Below are positions 1 to 10,060 of a stretch of DNA of 45,664 nucleotides, in pieces. Origin of the DNA: Perkinsus chesapeaki ATCC PRA-425 (lineage: Eukaryota > Protista > Perkinsozoa). Position numbers and translations under genes: made by a program. The stretch spans positions 1-45,664 of the forward strand of contig JAAPAO010000263.1 of assembly GCA_013115145.1 (NCBI GenBank), read 5' to 3'. Position 1 is the stretch's first letter, and every line of letters starts with the position of its first letter. A model generated the notes under the pieces. The model saw only the letters and a program-made list of their open reading frames with translations, was not told the DNA's origin and searched no databases.

Positions 1-938
1 AGCTACCGAAGCAGCCTCAGCGTAATTGTGTCCACAGGGACAGGAACTATATTATGGGACAATTGGCACAATGTCGCCTACACGCGCTCTCCTATGTCTA
101 CTCAATGCTCTCCTATATCTCAACTTGCGTCAATAACTAATGTTATGATCATATCTGGCATTCTAAACTAATGAAGCTCAGAGTATTGTGTATAGTGGAA
201 ACCAGATTCTGGGTATACACGTCTCGAGTAAATTACTCAAGAGTCTCTGAATGACTCAGAGTAATCCTTCGCTGATGATCTGAGTCCTTCTGCTCTGTTT
301 GGAAGGCACGGCTGGTTTGTGCCGAGATACTTGCGGTTGGTCGGCGGGCGCGAACGCATCAGCAAAAGTGTACGCGAGCGCAATTCACTTGATGGCAGTT
401 GAGAAACCTTTTGGTACTCGGCGGGTACTAACCGCCAACCCTAGACGTTTCTAGAGGGGAAAGAGCACGCCAAGAGAAGTTGGAACGCCTCCTCGCCTTC
501 TCACACGCAAAGACAGGTTCAGTTGAACCATGAACAGTTGAGCACTTGAACGGGCTCTTGGAATGGGAAGCGCGGTGGCGCAGTGGAGCACACCCGCCGT
601 CGCGGCGCACAACGGACAATTTTGGCATCCTCACTGCCCGGAACTGCTACGGTTTGTGTAGAGGCTGCAAAGTAGCCGGGATGGCCTGAAAAGCGATCGA
701 GGCCAGTGTCGGGGGCGCGCCGTGGATGGGAGAGCCGTCGACGAGTGCAAATGAGACAGCACAAGCCGGTGCTCCACCATCTGGCTGCGAGACGCCCAAC
801 TCCCCCAAGCATAAGCTTATTAATCGCGCGCAGCCCACACGTAAGTGTAGCAGTGTGTACTAGCATGAAAGGCACCGAAGCTACATAGGGAAGTGTTCAA
901 TGGCGGCCTCCACTTATCCGTCAGCCGTTGTTTCTAGC

Positions 939-1554
939 ATGTTGAACATCCGTAGTGCGTTGGCGAGCACCCTTTTGATGTGTTGCTGTTTACTGTTCAC
1001 AGAAGCTATCAACTCGACCAATCCCACAATTTCAGCCGATATCGGTGCGTTCAGTGTTGACCATAGAGATTTCAGAATCTTCCTGCGTGGTTGTAGATCC
1101 CTACAAGAAGCCTGAAGGAAACTGTAGGGAGACGGTAGACGACGAAATGAAAGACTGCGCGTGCCCAAGTGGAAGTGTGCCAGTTTGGACCTTGGTAACT
1201 TGCAAGACATTCTGCTCGCTTTAGTCTCCATGGCGTCTCTCACTTTGCTTCAGACGAAGCGTTATGGCTACTATTATGTGGACAAGCTCATCTGCAGCCC
1301 GAAGTACACAGCCGAAAGGGGCTGTCCCCCGGCCAAAGGAGGATTCTGGCTCGAGCCGTTCCCTGATAAATATGGTCGATGTCTGCTGTCCTGCTCTAAG
1401 GTGAGAGATGTGACAGTCGTTACTCAACTTGGCGGCGAACCATCGTAATTTTACACAAAGCTGGAGCACTCCTCTTCAGTTCCTGGCCTGGTGCCCATCC
1501 TCGAGCAGATGTACCGACGTCGGCGATGCGAAAGTATGCCTCTACTCTAAATAG
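939..1554 (+). CDS. Secreted 10-cysteine protein, paralog A1 (4 exons: 939-1044, 1097-1194, 1254-1400, 1480-1554)
   Basis: The three GT-AG introns are phase-compatible. The spliced product is MLNIRSALASTLLMCCCLLFTEA (signal-peptide-like) followed by ...DPYKKPEGNC..DCACPSGSVPVWTL|TKRYG..DKLICSPKY..RGCPP..GRCLLSCSK|FLAWCPSSSRCTDVGDAKVCLYSK*. It aligns along its length with the paralog at 14095-14688. An alternative in-frame ATG lies at 900. Confidence 0.8.
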
Positions 1555-1967
1555 AATGTTAAATGCCAGACTTTTACTGGCCACCTTCACCGCATCATGA
1601 AGGATGCTTTTTATGACATTATACTTGCATCAAGTACGCAGAACTTCTTCGGTCGCAGTACCAAATATCGGTGCTTTCTCAGTTAAACGGCAGCCTTGTG
1701 TTGATATGGTAAATCAAACGTCAATTTGCCTCACGGAAAATTGGCACTCAGCCTCTCAACGCCGTGTCGATGACGTCATGTATTTCCATGTGTTGTCACA
1801 TAGAAGAGGAGCTTCCGGTTAGATAACTCGATACACGTATAACGCTTGCCAAGTGATTACATCCATTAACTATATAAACTAAACGATGTAGCATGGACCA
1901 GCATAGAAGCCAGTTGAGTAAAGATGGCACATGACGTGGACATATAGTCATTCTCATCGAGATTCCT

Positions 1968-4651
1968 TCATCTTCTCTTGTGAGCCACTAGGACATGGCT
2001 AGTGCTCCTGCGTGCCGTAGCCATCTCCTGAACGCACATGCAGCAGCTTCCTTCTTTTATATACTTACGCGAGGGGGAAGTGACGAGGCTGCCATAACGT
2101 CCGCAAAAATAGAAGCCTTGCTTTTGGCGGACATGGCAGTAGGAACAATCCCAATAATCTGAAACGGCCAAAACCTTGCGCAGGGTTGCAACTTTACAAA
2201 GACGTCTCACTCTTTCCAGGCGATTAGCTCGCTGCAACACCTTCTCAGTGGTCCGCAATTGAGTCTCACCGTTACGCATTAGAGCTTGGGCTCTCCCGAG
2301 CAGTCTAGCGGTGGTCACTTTCAAATCCTAGCAATAACTGCAAGACACCTTACCAAGACAGATAATTGTCAGTTCAATGATTTCTTGGTTTTCTACAATA
2401 GAATTGACTCTTAGAAACACGTTCGGCGACCAACTACGACTCATAACTTACAGTAACTGTTCGCCCTTTGGCCAATCCGGCCAAGTGCGGGAGGGCTCCG
2501 GCAAATGCTCGGCTATCAACACTGTTGTCTCCATCAAAATCCATCCGTTTAAAAAGCTCTTGTACGTCGTATGGGGAAACACCAGCCTGATTGGCAATGG
2601 GCTTTATGTGGTTGACGAATTCATCAGCACCATTGCCAACGTTCGTCTTATGGCAGGGATGTAGAGGACATTCACCGTAGCCTGCCGAGATAAGCGTCCA
2701 ACCGGGTCTGCTCTTGAGCCGATATTCTTGAATATCTACAAGCTTTACTTGCGCTTCATCGACAGCGAAGTAACAGGACAGAGGCCGTAGAAAACGGCCG
2801 CCGAAATCCATTTTCATTCCGACGACATGTAGCATTTTCAAGTATCTACACTCTTGGCATTCGGACTTATTACAATTACTGCAATACAGTGGATCGAGAA
2901 TCAGTTAAGCTGCACAGGGTAATCCAATCGAAAGTCAATCTTTGATTCAATCTTCGTAATCAAAAGTCACAACTATCTCCTACTTCTGCCAGATCCCGTA
3001 GAAGCGCGGCGTTTCGTGCTGAGATTCGGGCCTCAGCTGCACACCTGCTCGTCTGGGCCTCCTTTACAGCATTCCTGTAGAAAAAGCCTCTCCGGTAGGT
3101 GATTAATGTAATCAGCGTCGCCTACTCGACTATAATCGCTAGCAGGACGTAGAGAAGGCCGAAAACGGCGATAGTTAGGAATAAAATAGCTGGTATGGCA
3201 AGTCCAGGGTTATCCTGACAAAAAGGCAAATTCCTCAGTGACAACTTTCACACTCGCGAAGATCGGCTGTAGAAGTGATTTGAGGCATGACTCACGAAAG
3301 GTCGCACTAGATGCTCGTTCCAATTATCTCGTGTAAGTATCTAAAGAAGAGCTCACGATATAGCCTCCTGAAGTACAAGGACAGAATTCTATGGGAACCT
3401 TAATCCGGACAAAAAGGTGCGATATTAGCATACGAGAGCGAGCGGTAAGTAGACGGGACCATAGCAGACCTGAAGGTATGATAAAATAGACCTCGGCAAT
3501 GAACCCCAATAATCGCCGCTCGTCCACCCAGCGAAGTCGCGGGAGTCTGCCGAAGGTTGACCTACTACACGCTAAGAAGAGCTTCAAAGTCTCATCTGGT
3601 ATCGTACCCTCCCATATATCCAGGAGGGTCTTCTGAATACAGGCGAAGACGTATACAAGGATACCGCCACAGAAATACAATCTCAGTATAGGAGCGTTGA
3701 CTATAAGTCCCAGTGTACCTGCCGAGAGACGTTTTGCCCATAAAGGAACGACTCTGTAAAATAATAGCTCCGGTTACTGTTAACTAAGCCACGACCTTTT
3801 TCGGTGAGCCATGCGAGGCGTATGATGCGGCAGAGCCTCAGAAGCTTAACCTGAGTATACTGGCGAGCACACAAGTATAAAGACTTGCTACAGTTGTTGT
3901 TCCCGGTCTATGAAACAATATCCATCCATCTAATACTGACAGTGAGGCCAAGAGGAGATCAGATAGCTGAAAAAACCATGCGGAATAATAAAGCACTCGC
4001 AGACAAGACACGTTCAAATCGATAAGCTGCATCCAGTGATTTAGAAGGTTTAGCCACCGAAAAGACTCACCCCAGCAGTCGTAATAAAATAGCGAACGCC
4101 AATCCATTTCAGCCTGAGTATAGCCTCCAACAGGTAGGCAGCCGTGCAGGCGCCTTCGAGTGCTGACCTACGATGCCCATGAGTTAAAGTGAAGAGCTCG
4201 AATCTCCGCGTTTTACCAGAGAACACTGCTACTAGACGCACAGGGCGTGGTGAGGCCTGAAGGAGGGCAGTTGTATGGCAAGCTGAATGTGTAGACATCT
4301 CTGTATTATAATTGCCCATTCTTCGGATATCAACGAGCAAGAGTCATTCTGTAGATCTAAGTTAATAATTTCCCAGGCAGGGAATGTCACGTAGGAGCGA
4401 GCACGACATGGAGCATACTAGAGGATAACCCTCAGCTCTAACACAAGGCTTACATTACCTTCGTGAGCCATATTTCCGTTGAATCCATCACACCGGGTAT
4501 CTGTCTCCAGTGCTACAAGGATCAGGTTTATTGTTATGATGCACGCAAAGGTGGAGTTCAACTTCTTCACCCTGGGCTCATCTAACGCTGCTGGTCTCTC
4601 TGATAGCGCCCGGGAAGTTTCCGCGAAACGACGCCGAAGTTCCGTTAGCAT
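1968..4651 (-). CDS. Single-domain 6TM voltage-gated cation channel (Ion_trans-like) with C-terminal EF-hand; multi-exon, 3' end approximate
   Basis: Exons occur in the expected order: S1 LNSTFACIITINLILVALETD; S2 ALEGACTAAYLLEAILRLKWIGVRYF; S3 LSDLLLASLSVLDGWIL; S4 QVKLLRLCRIIRLAWL (about 3805-3850); S5 LYFCGGILVYVFACIQ; pore ILTRDNWNEHLVRPF (about 3296-3340); S6 PAILFLTIAVFGLLYVLLAIIVENAV; then a helix ending LLRDLAE and the EF-hand VQELFKRMDFDGDNSVDSRAF..LAGLAKGR. Exons around the pore helix and the last exon are not fully resolved. Confidence 0.8.
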
Positions 4652-5627
4652 AAACCGTATTAACTGTACTTAAGCCAGCAAAGAATGTTTTAGCCGGAAA
4701 CGCCGGACCGGCATAGGCTGGGCACCTCAGCCTCAGTGTGAGCTAGCTGATCAGCGCAATTGGTTTACAGTGTAATGAGTGGTCTAGGTAGTTAGTGAGT
4801 GAATTAACGTGATCATATCGAACCCAATGCTTCTCTTACGGAAGTTCCATGTGACGACATGTAGCGAGATGATGGCCAGATGACCAAGATCACCTCTGTG
4901 ACCTTGAGAACTTCTCAATGAGAAGTGCCACATTTCTTTTGATGTTCAGTCCCCGGTGCAGCCGGGTGCTATGGTGTCACGAATGCAACCCGTCTGCTGC
5001 CTGATCCTCATTCTCCTACTTGCAGAGAACCTCGAGACGCGAGATGGAGTAACGAGTCACCGCTCTTTCCACCTTTCCTTTGCTGGTCGATAGACCCCTA
5101 TTTGTTGTCCCCCCTTTGTACAAGCCGGTGCGTTAAACAGGGTCCACCACCCAAAAGTTTGTATCGCGTGACACGATGTGGGTAATACCAACTTAAAGTT
5201 ATCTTTGAATCCTCCTTGAAGAAGCATAAGCGATTCTAGAATCGGAACCATGCTGCGAGTTCGATCTCCATGCTGCATGGTCACCATGCACAGCATGTTT
5301 GCCAAATATGCCCTCTCAACGTGTCAGACTAGCTGACAAGGTGACCCAATGGTCAATCGGTATAGTGTCGATGAAAGGATAGGCATGACTTCATTTATGT
5401 CCTGTATAACCCTTACAATGCACAGAACCTCTACTGTTGGTGTCTTCCTTACGAATCGCCCTGCATATTCAATTCAGTAGCAAGCAACCAGTTTCACAAA
5501 TGCGCCGCGGCACACCTCTACGCGCACCGCCAAGCCGCGGCGATGGACCGTGGGGGCGCGCCGTCCACGCCGTTCAACTGTGGGGCGAGCGCCAGTCACA
5601 CCACGAGCCCGCCATTCCTACTGCCCT

Positions 5628-5816
5628 CCAAATTAACTTAGAATATCACGTTTTTGTGACCATTCTCTGCCAGATTTGCGACTGTGTGCCCCAAACTCAG
5701 AGAGCCTCGTTCTAACATGGCTTTCAATATACCACCGAAGTTTCAGCGCTTGACACTCTCTGGTTATTGGGAACTGAGACATCGGCACGGAAAAGTTGCC
5801 AAATTAACTTAGAATA
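5628..5816. repeat. Exact 18-bp direct repeat CCAAATTAACTTAGAATA (5628-5645 and 5799-5816)
   Basis: Both copies were read directly from the sequence; they lie 171 bp apart in non-coding DNA. Confidence 0.75.
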
Positions 5817-6200
5817 CACACCTTAATTTTGGCCCAAAAATCACGATTTTTCTTAGGGAAGTACCCCGAGATAGAAGAGTTCGGTTATAACTCTCATAGT
5901 ATTTGGAACCTATCATATACGGTACTCACCCCTTAAAGTCTCATTGAGCAGTCGTAAGTAGTTGAGGAGAACGATTCGTGCACGCATGTCCACGAATCGT
6001 GCGTATGCGTGCAACGCTGGGGAATGCAAACAATTAGCATTAGTGCAACGAGGATCTGAAAGCTCCAGTGAGGTATACCTCTGGAGAAGTCAGACTTCCC
6101 TTCCGAGGACTTTCCTTGGGGATCGTGCATTCCTCGTGCAATGATTTCGTTAGAGACTTTGCGTCGTTTTGGAAGTTTTGGTATCACCCGAATAATTTTC

Positions 6201-6626
6201 ATGAAGTATGCCATTCAACTGGCCGTTCTGTGGTTAAGCGTATTGAACTCCTTGGTACGCGTCCAAGTTCTGGGGCAAGGCATTCTGCCATGTGGTAATT
6301 ATAATGGCTATGGTAAAGGGTATATTTTGGTCGCCAACTTTGACAAGGGGCAAAAAGTATCCTTTGGTATGAGTGATGGCAAGCGGACCAAGAACTTGTT
6401 ACCTATGAGCTATAAAATGAATGCAGATGGGGAGATCACTGTAGAAATCTCTCAGAGTGACAAAGACACATTGGAGGCAGCGTTCCCTGGACGCTTGAAC
6501 GACAATACGTTGACGAACCTGCTATATTTTGGGGGCCAAAACATCATGGTTACCCAAGCAGCTGAGCCAACTGGTACTCTTCAAATGATCCCAGTGTCTG
6601 TCTCGCACTTCGTTAACTGTGACTAG
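6201..6626 (+). CDS. Intronless putative secreted protein (about 141 aa) of unknown function
   Basis: The ORF from ATG 6201 reads MKYAIQLAVLWLSVLNSLVRVQVLG (signal-peptide-like), then a beta-rich soluble region with two Cys (LPCGNY ... FVNCD*). Confidence 0.7.
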   Translation: MKYAIQLAVLWLSVLNSLVRVQVLGQGILPCGNYNGYGKGYILVANFDKGQKVSFGMSDGKRTKNLLPMSYKMNADGEITVEISQSDKDTLEAAFPGRLNDNTLTNLLYFGGQNIMVTQAAEPTGTLQMIPVSVSHFVNCD

Positions 6627-8129
6627 TAGGAATAGTCTTGTAGTACTTTAGTTTCATTTAGTAGCGGTTGATAGAATTCCGCAACAGCTTTAGTGTTTCA
6701 GTACTACTGTATGAGTTTCTTGAGATACTCGTTTATGGAGTCTAGTAAGATCTGTATGGCGCTCTTGGATATCATTTTACCGTCGTCCCTTTTGAGCAGG
6801 ACATTAGATATGACTTTGCAACAATTCTCCGTCAACAAATACTTCAGCACTAGGTATGGCATCACTGCGATGGTACTGCCTCGAGGCACTACTCGTAGTG
6901 GCTGGAAATATCTTTTATTGCAACAGGTGCAATTCTGTTTATCAGCATTGCTTCAGTGGTTCTCAGGTTTGTGTTTCAAGTTCGCAATCGCTAGATAGAG
7001 ATATATACTACCAATAAGTACGATAGCTTCCTATCAAAGCCCGCATAACGAAATAGGCCTAACGAGTGAATCTATGCAGATAACGGACATGCGAGAGTGG
7101 CAGGTATAGTCCTTGTATGCGATCCAGCCTACGATATGTGGTCCTGTACACGACTCGTGTCACACGAGCCTTTCCAGCGCATTCCCTGCTTAACCAGATG
7201 TCAGTGTGAGTGCCACCTGAGACCTGGTGACTCAATGAGTCCGTGAGGAGCCGGTCTCTGTTACAGAACTACCGTTTGCGTTGTCAAAATTAGGCGCCTT
7301 ATGAGAAGCTACAGATAGCTGACTTTCGAAGCACCTGTTCAGATGGCCAAGTCAACGCAGTTCGGCCACTGGTTGTTTGTGAAACCCAGTCGCGAATCGT
7401 GACAGTCACTCGCGAGAGCCCACCTGAGAGCTTACGCAGTTTAAAACTTCGCTTCAGGGTTGTCAAGAAATATGTGGCGAACCCGGGAAAACTTAATATG
7501 GGTCTCGGAGTACAAGAGAAAAAGGGAAGCAGGCAAATCCAGCCTCGAAGTGGTTGCCTCGGAAGAAGCGAACCAACAGAATTCGGCCACGAGTTGTTTG
7601 CTTGACTTCTGAGTGAGGCCTTCGGGTGACCCGAATCGGGTCTAGCTGCGTCCACAAAAATGTGAACAAAAGCCCGCCTCAGGTAGGAGATATGACGTGG
7701 CAAAACTGGTGGTTCTACTTTCGACTTGTCAAAAGTTTAAGTACTGTCCGGGAACTCCAAGAAGTCACAGATCAGACTTTTCACTGTGACGCAGCCTTGA
7801 CATGCGAGGTTGCCCGAAAAATATGCAAAAATGAAAGATATGCATTGCCCGGTTCCTCCCTGAAGTATGCTCTTTCGAGTGTTGCTGAGTCTTGAATGGT
7901 CAGTGCATCGGTGTTGTCAAGATGTGATGCAGCATCACATGATAATTGATGCTCAAGTATGCCGCAGCCACCTCGAGTGAAGTCCTTACAATGCATAGTC
8001 TTCCGCCGTTAAGCCCTTCACTCGATGTGACACGCACCGTGTCGCGGTCACGTCATAGGGCATGAGGGCCTCTTCTGTTCGCCTTACATATTCCGTTCTT
8101 CCGTAGCGTTATCTTATTCAGCCACAGCA

Positions 8130-8324
8130 ATGCGCCTCTATCTCGTCATTGTGACCATTTGCTCATTGATGTGGGCAATCTCTGGTCAGAACCCTCCCGC
8201 GGCCATACGTGGATTGGTGTCGGAGCTATGCGTAGACTTCTGTCGAGAAGAGTGTTGGGGACCCAAATGCAAATGCATCACTCAAGTAACCAAGTGTATT
8301 TGCGACTGTCCACTTGCTGATTGA
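8130..8324 (+). CDS. Small secreted Cys-rich defensin-like peptide, copy 1 (64 aa)
   Basis: Signal peptide, then pro-segment QNPPAAIR, then C-x3-C-x3-C-x4-C-x-C-x6-C-x-C-x-C. Three paralogs are present in the window. Confidence 0.9.
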   Translation: MRLYLVIVTICSLMWAISGQNPPAAIRGLVSELCVDFCREECWGPKCKCITQVTKCICDCPLAD

Positions 8325-8330
8325 CTGTAG

Positions 8331-8401
8331 CTGTCAATAGGACGGATTCCATATATTCTATTGGTCGATACGTCGTCGACCGAGGACAGTGTTAAACTGT
8401 C
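8331..8401 (+). other. Conserved 3' flank stem-loops of peptide copy 1
   Basis: CTGTC-AATAG-GACGG (8331-8345, one G-U pair) and GACAGT-GTTAA-ACTGTC (8385-8401). Confidence 0.6.
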
Positions 8402-8657
8402 ATCAATACTCTATTTCGTTAGTCCCTTGCACTTGCGTTAGTCACGGCTGGTGGCATACTTTGAGCTTCATGAGGATGCTTCGTACTAAGCACAATAGAT
8501 ATTAGGACGTAGAATCAAAGTGGGCGAAATGAAGCGCTATAAACAATGGCAAGCACCGCCCCGGAAATACGACAAGTGAGACGAATCATGGTTATTAGCT
8601 CCCTAATAGACCAACTCAACAATGCCGAACCTTTGACAGTAAAAACATGTGCTTCAT

Positions 8658-9002
8658 AATGCAGCTAACGCTGTTTGGTTTAAAACCTCGCCGACCCACC
8701 TTCCTTATAGAGTATTTTATCCCACGGTGAAGCTAGAACTCGAGTCATGGCTCGACTATTGCCTCCGAAATGCTTGACGATGTGTTTTATCATAAAAGCA
8801 ATCAGATCTTTTCCACCCTCCTGCTTGGCAATCAAAGACGATCCATACCCACAGGATCCCCAAGAGAGCTCGATGATCCCAAGGCCTAGCCTCACACACG
8901 TTAAAGTGAGTGAGCACAGCTCGAGGAGCCGGACGTGTCGATCACAAAGGAATAAAGCGGAGACAACTTCAGGGACTGCAATAGCCTTATTCGAGATGCA
9001 AG
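8658..9002 (-). pseudogene. Near-identical 345-bp duplicate of the 3' part of the giant ARM gene (source 15416-15760)
   Basis: Colinear at a constant offset of 6758 bp, with no indels and only 2 mismatches found by eye. Confidence 0.9.
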
Positions 9003-9060
9003 CATAGCGTTTCTTTGCGCTACTCATCTCGTTCTTGCAAACATTCTCATATACAGTAAC

Positions 9061-9258
9061 ATGAATGCGCCCCTTCTCTCCATGGTCACCATTTGCACAT
9101 TCATGTGGGCAATCTCTGGTCAGAACCCTCCTGCGGCTATGCGTGGTTTGACATTCAGGGTATGTCGACACTTCTGTTTATATGAGTACCGAGGCACCAA
9201 ATGCAAGTGCACGGCTCATGTAACTTCTTGTCAGTGTTTCTGCCCACTTGTTGATTGA
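9061..9258 (+). CDS. Small secreted Cys-rich defensin-like peptide, copy 2 (65 aa, 7 Cys in mature part)
   Basis: Paralog of copy 1 (ISGQNPPAAMRGL...CKC...CQCFCPLVD). The third Cys is replaced by Tyr (TAC, 9187-9189). Confidence 0.8.
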   Translation: MNAPLLSMVTICTFMWAISGQNPPAAMRGLTFRVCRHFCLYEYRGTKCKCTAHVTSCQCFCPLVD

Positions 9259-9264
9259 CCATAG

Positions 9265-9335
9265 CCGTCAATAGGACGGATTCCATATATTCTGTTGGTC
9301 GATACCTCGTCAACGAAAGACAGTGTTAAACTGTC
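9265..9335 (+). other. Conserved 3' flank stem-loops of peptide copy 2
   Basis: CCGTC-AATAG-GACGG (9265-9279) and GACAGT-GTTAA-ACTGTC (9319-9335). Confidence 0.6.
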
Positions 9336-9599
9336 ATCAATACTTCATTTCGTTATCCCCTTGCGCTTGTGTTACGCACTGGCGGTACCACATCTCGAGC
9401 TTCATGGTGAGCACAATAGATACTTGAACGTTTGATCGAAGCTCACAAAGTGAATAGCTATAAACATGAGCATCTTTTTGCTCAGCTGGAAAAGGAAATA
9501 ATATGGTTTCATTAAAACTTAGTTCTGGCTACTGCAATTGGCACCGTTAACCAATAAGGCGAGGGGTATGAACAATGGAGTCAAGTCCCGTCCAGAACG

Positions 9600-10060
9600 A
9601 ACAGCGAGTGAACGAATCACGGCCATTAGCTCCATAAACGAACAGCTCAAGAAGACGGATGCCTTAACGAGAAGAGACATGTGTTTTACTGCCTGGCCAT
9701 CATGTTACTCTCGTGGGAGGGGCTGTTATCTTGTGTGCTAGATTTGGTCATCACAAGTTATGGTCCATAACCGGCATTTTAGTAAGAAGGGCTGTGGCTT
9801 GTTGTCGCATGATGGATTCCTCACTCTCTCGGCCACGAGCCAGCAACGCTCGCTGGCCTCCAAGCATTCAGGTAATCTCTAAGTTATCCTCATAACCAGA
9901 CGCATCCAAAAATATGGCTTGCCTATTGCCTTCAAAGTGTATCAACGATGTGTCCTATCAGCAATAACATCTCTTACACCTTCCTGCTTGGCAATCAGAA
10001 GGCGATTCATTCAGGATACCCAAACGACAAATGATTCCAAGGCATGTTAGCGAGCTTCCA
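9600..10060 (-). pseudogene. Older decayed copy of the ARM gene 3' end and downstream spacer (source about 15090-15650, with deletions)
   Basis: The minus strand reads FLDASGYEDNLEIT*MLGGQRALLA..ESIMRQQATALLTKM versus intact FLDASGYEDNLEIIEMLGGQRALLA..DSIMRQQATVLLTKM. A premature TGA lies at 9868-9870. Confidence 0.85.

Noticed and set aside
232-264. Imperfect inverted repeat TTACTC..GAGTC / GACTC..GAGTAA
   Set aside because: Isolated, imperfect and without a second copy in the window.
1604-1700. ATATCGGTGC(T/G)TTC resembles the exon 1/intron 1 junction of 10-Cys gene A1
   Set aside because: About 14 nt of similarity, with no signal peptide and no downstream Cys exons; too weak to call a pseudogene.
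2015-2026. CCGTAGCCATCT matches the first part of the Perkinsus/dinoflagellate spliced leader
   Set aside because: Only 12 nt match; the rest (TGGCTCAAG), the GT donor and an Sm site are absent, so chance is likely.
4971-5193. Signal-peptide-like ORF MQPVCCLILILLLAENL.. that might splice to a short Cys-containing exon
   Set aside because: No unambiguous splice model and no paralog support.
6693-8000. Several 60-134 aa ORFs on both strands (6693, 6704, 7299, 7626, 7781)
   Set aside because: No motifs, no coherent exon chain and no recognisable transposon domains.
8680-9171. 163-aa minus-strand ORF that looks like an independent gene
   Set aside because: It is a chimera of the duplicated ARM fragment and the antisense of peptide copy 2.
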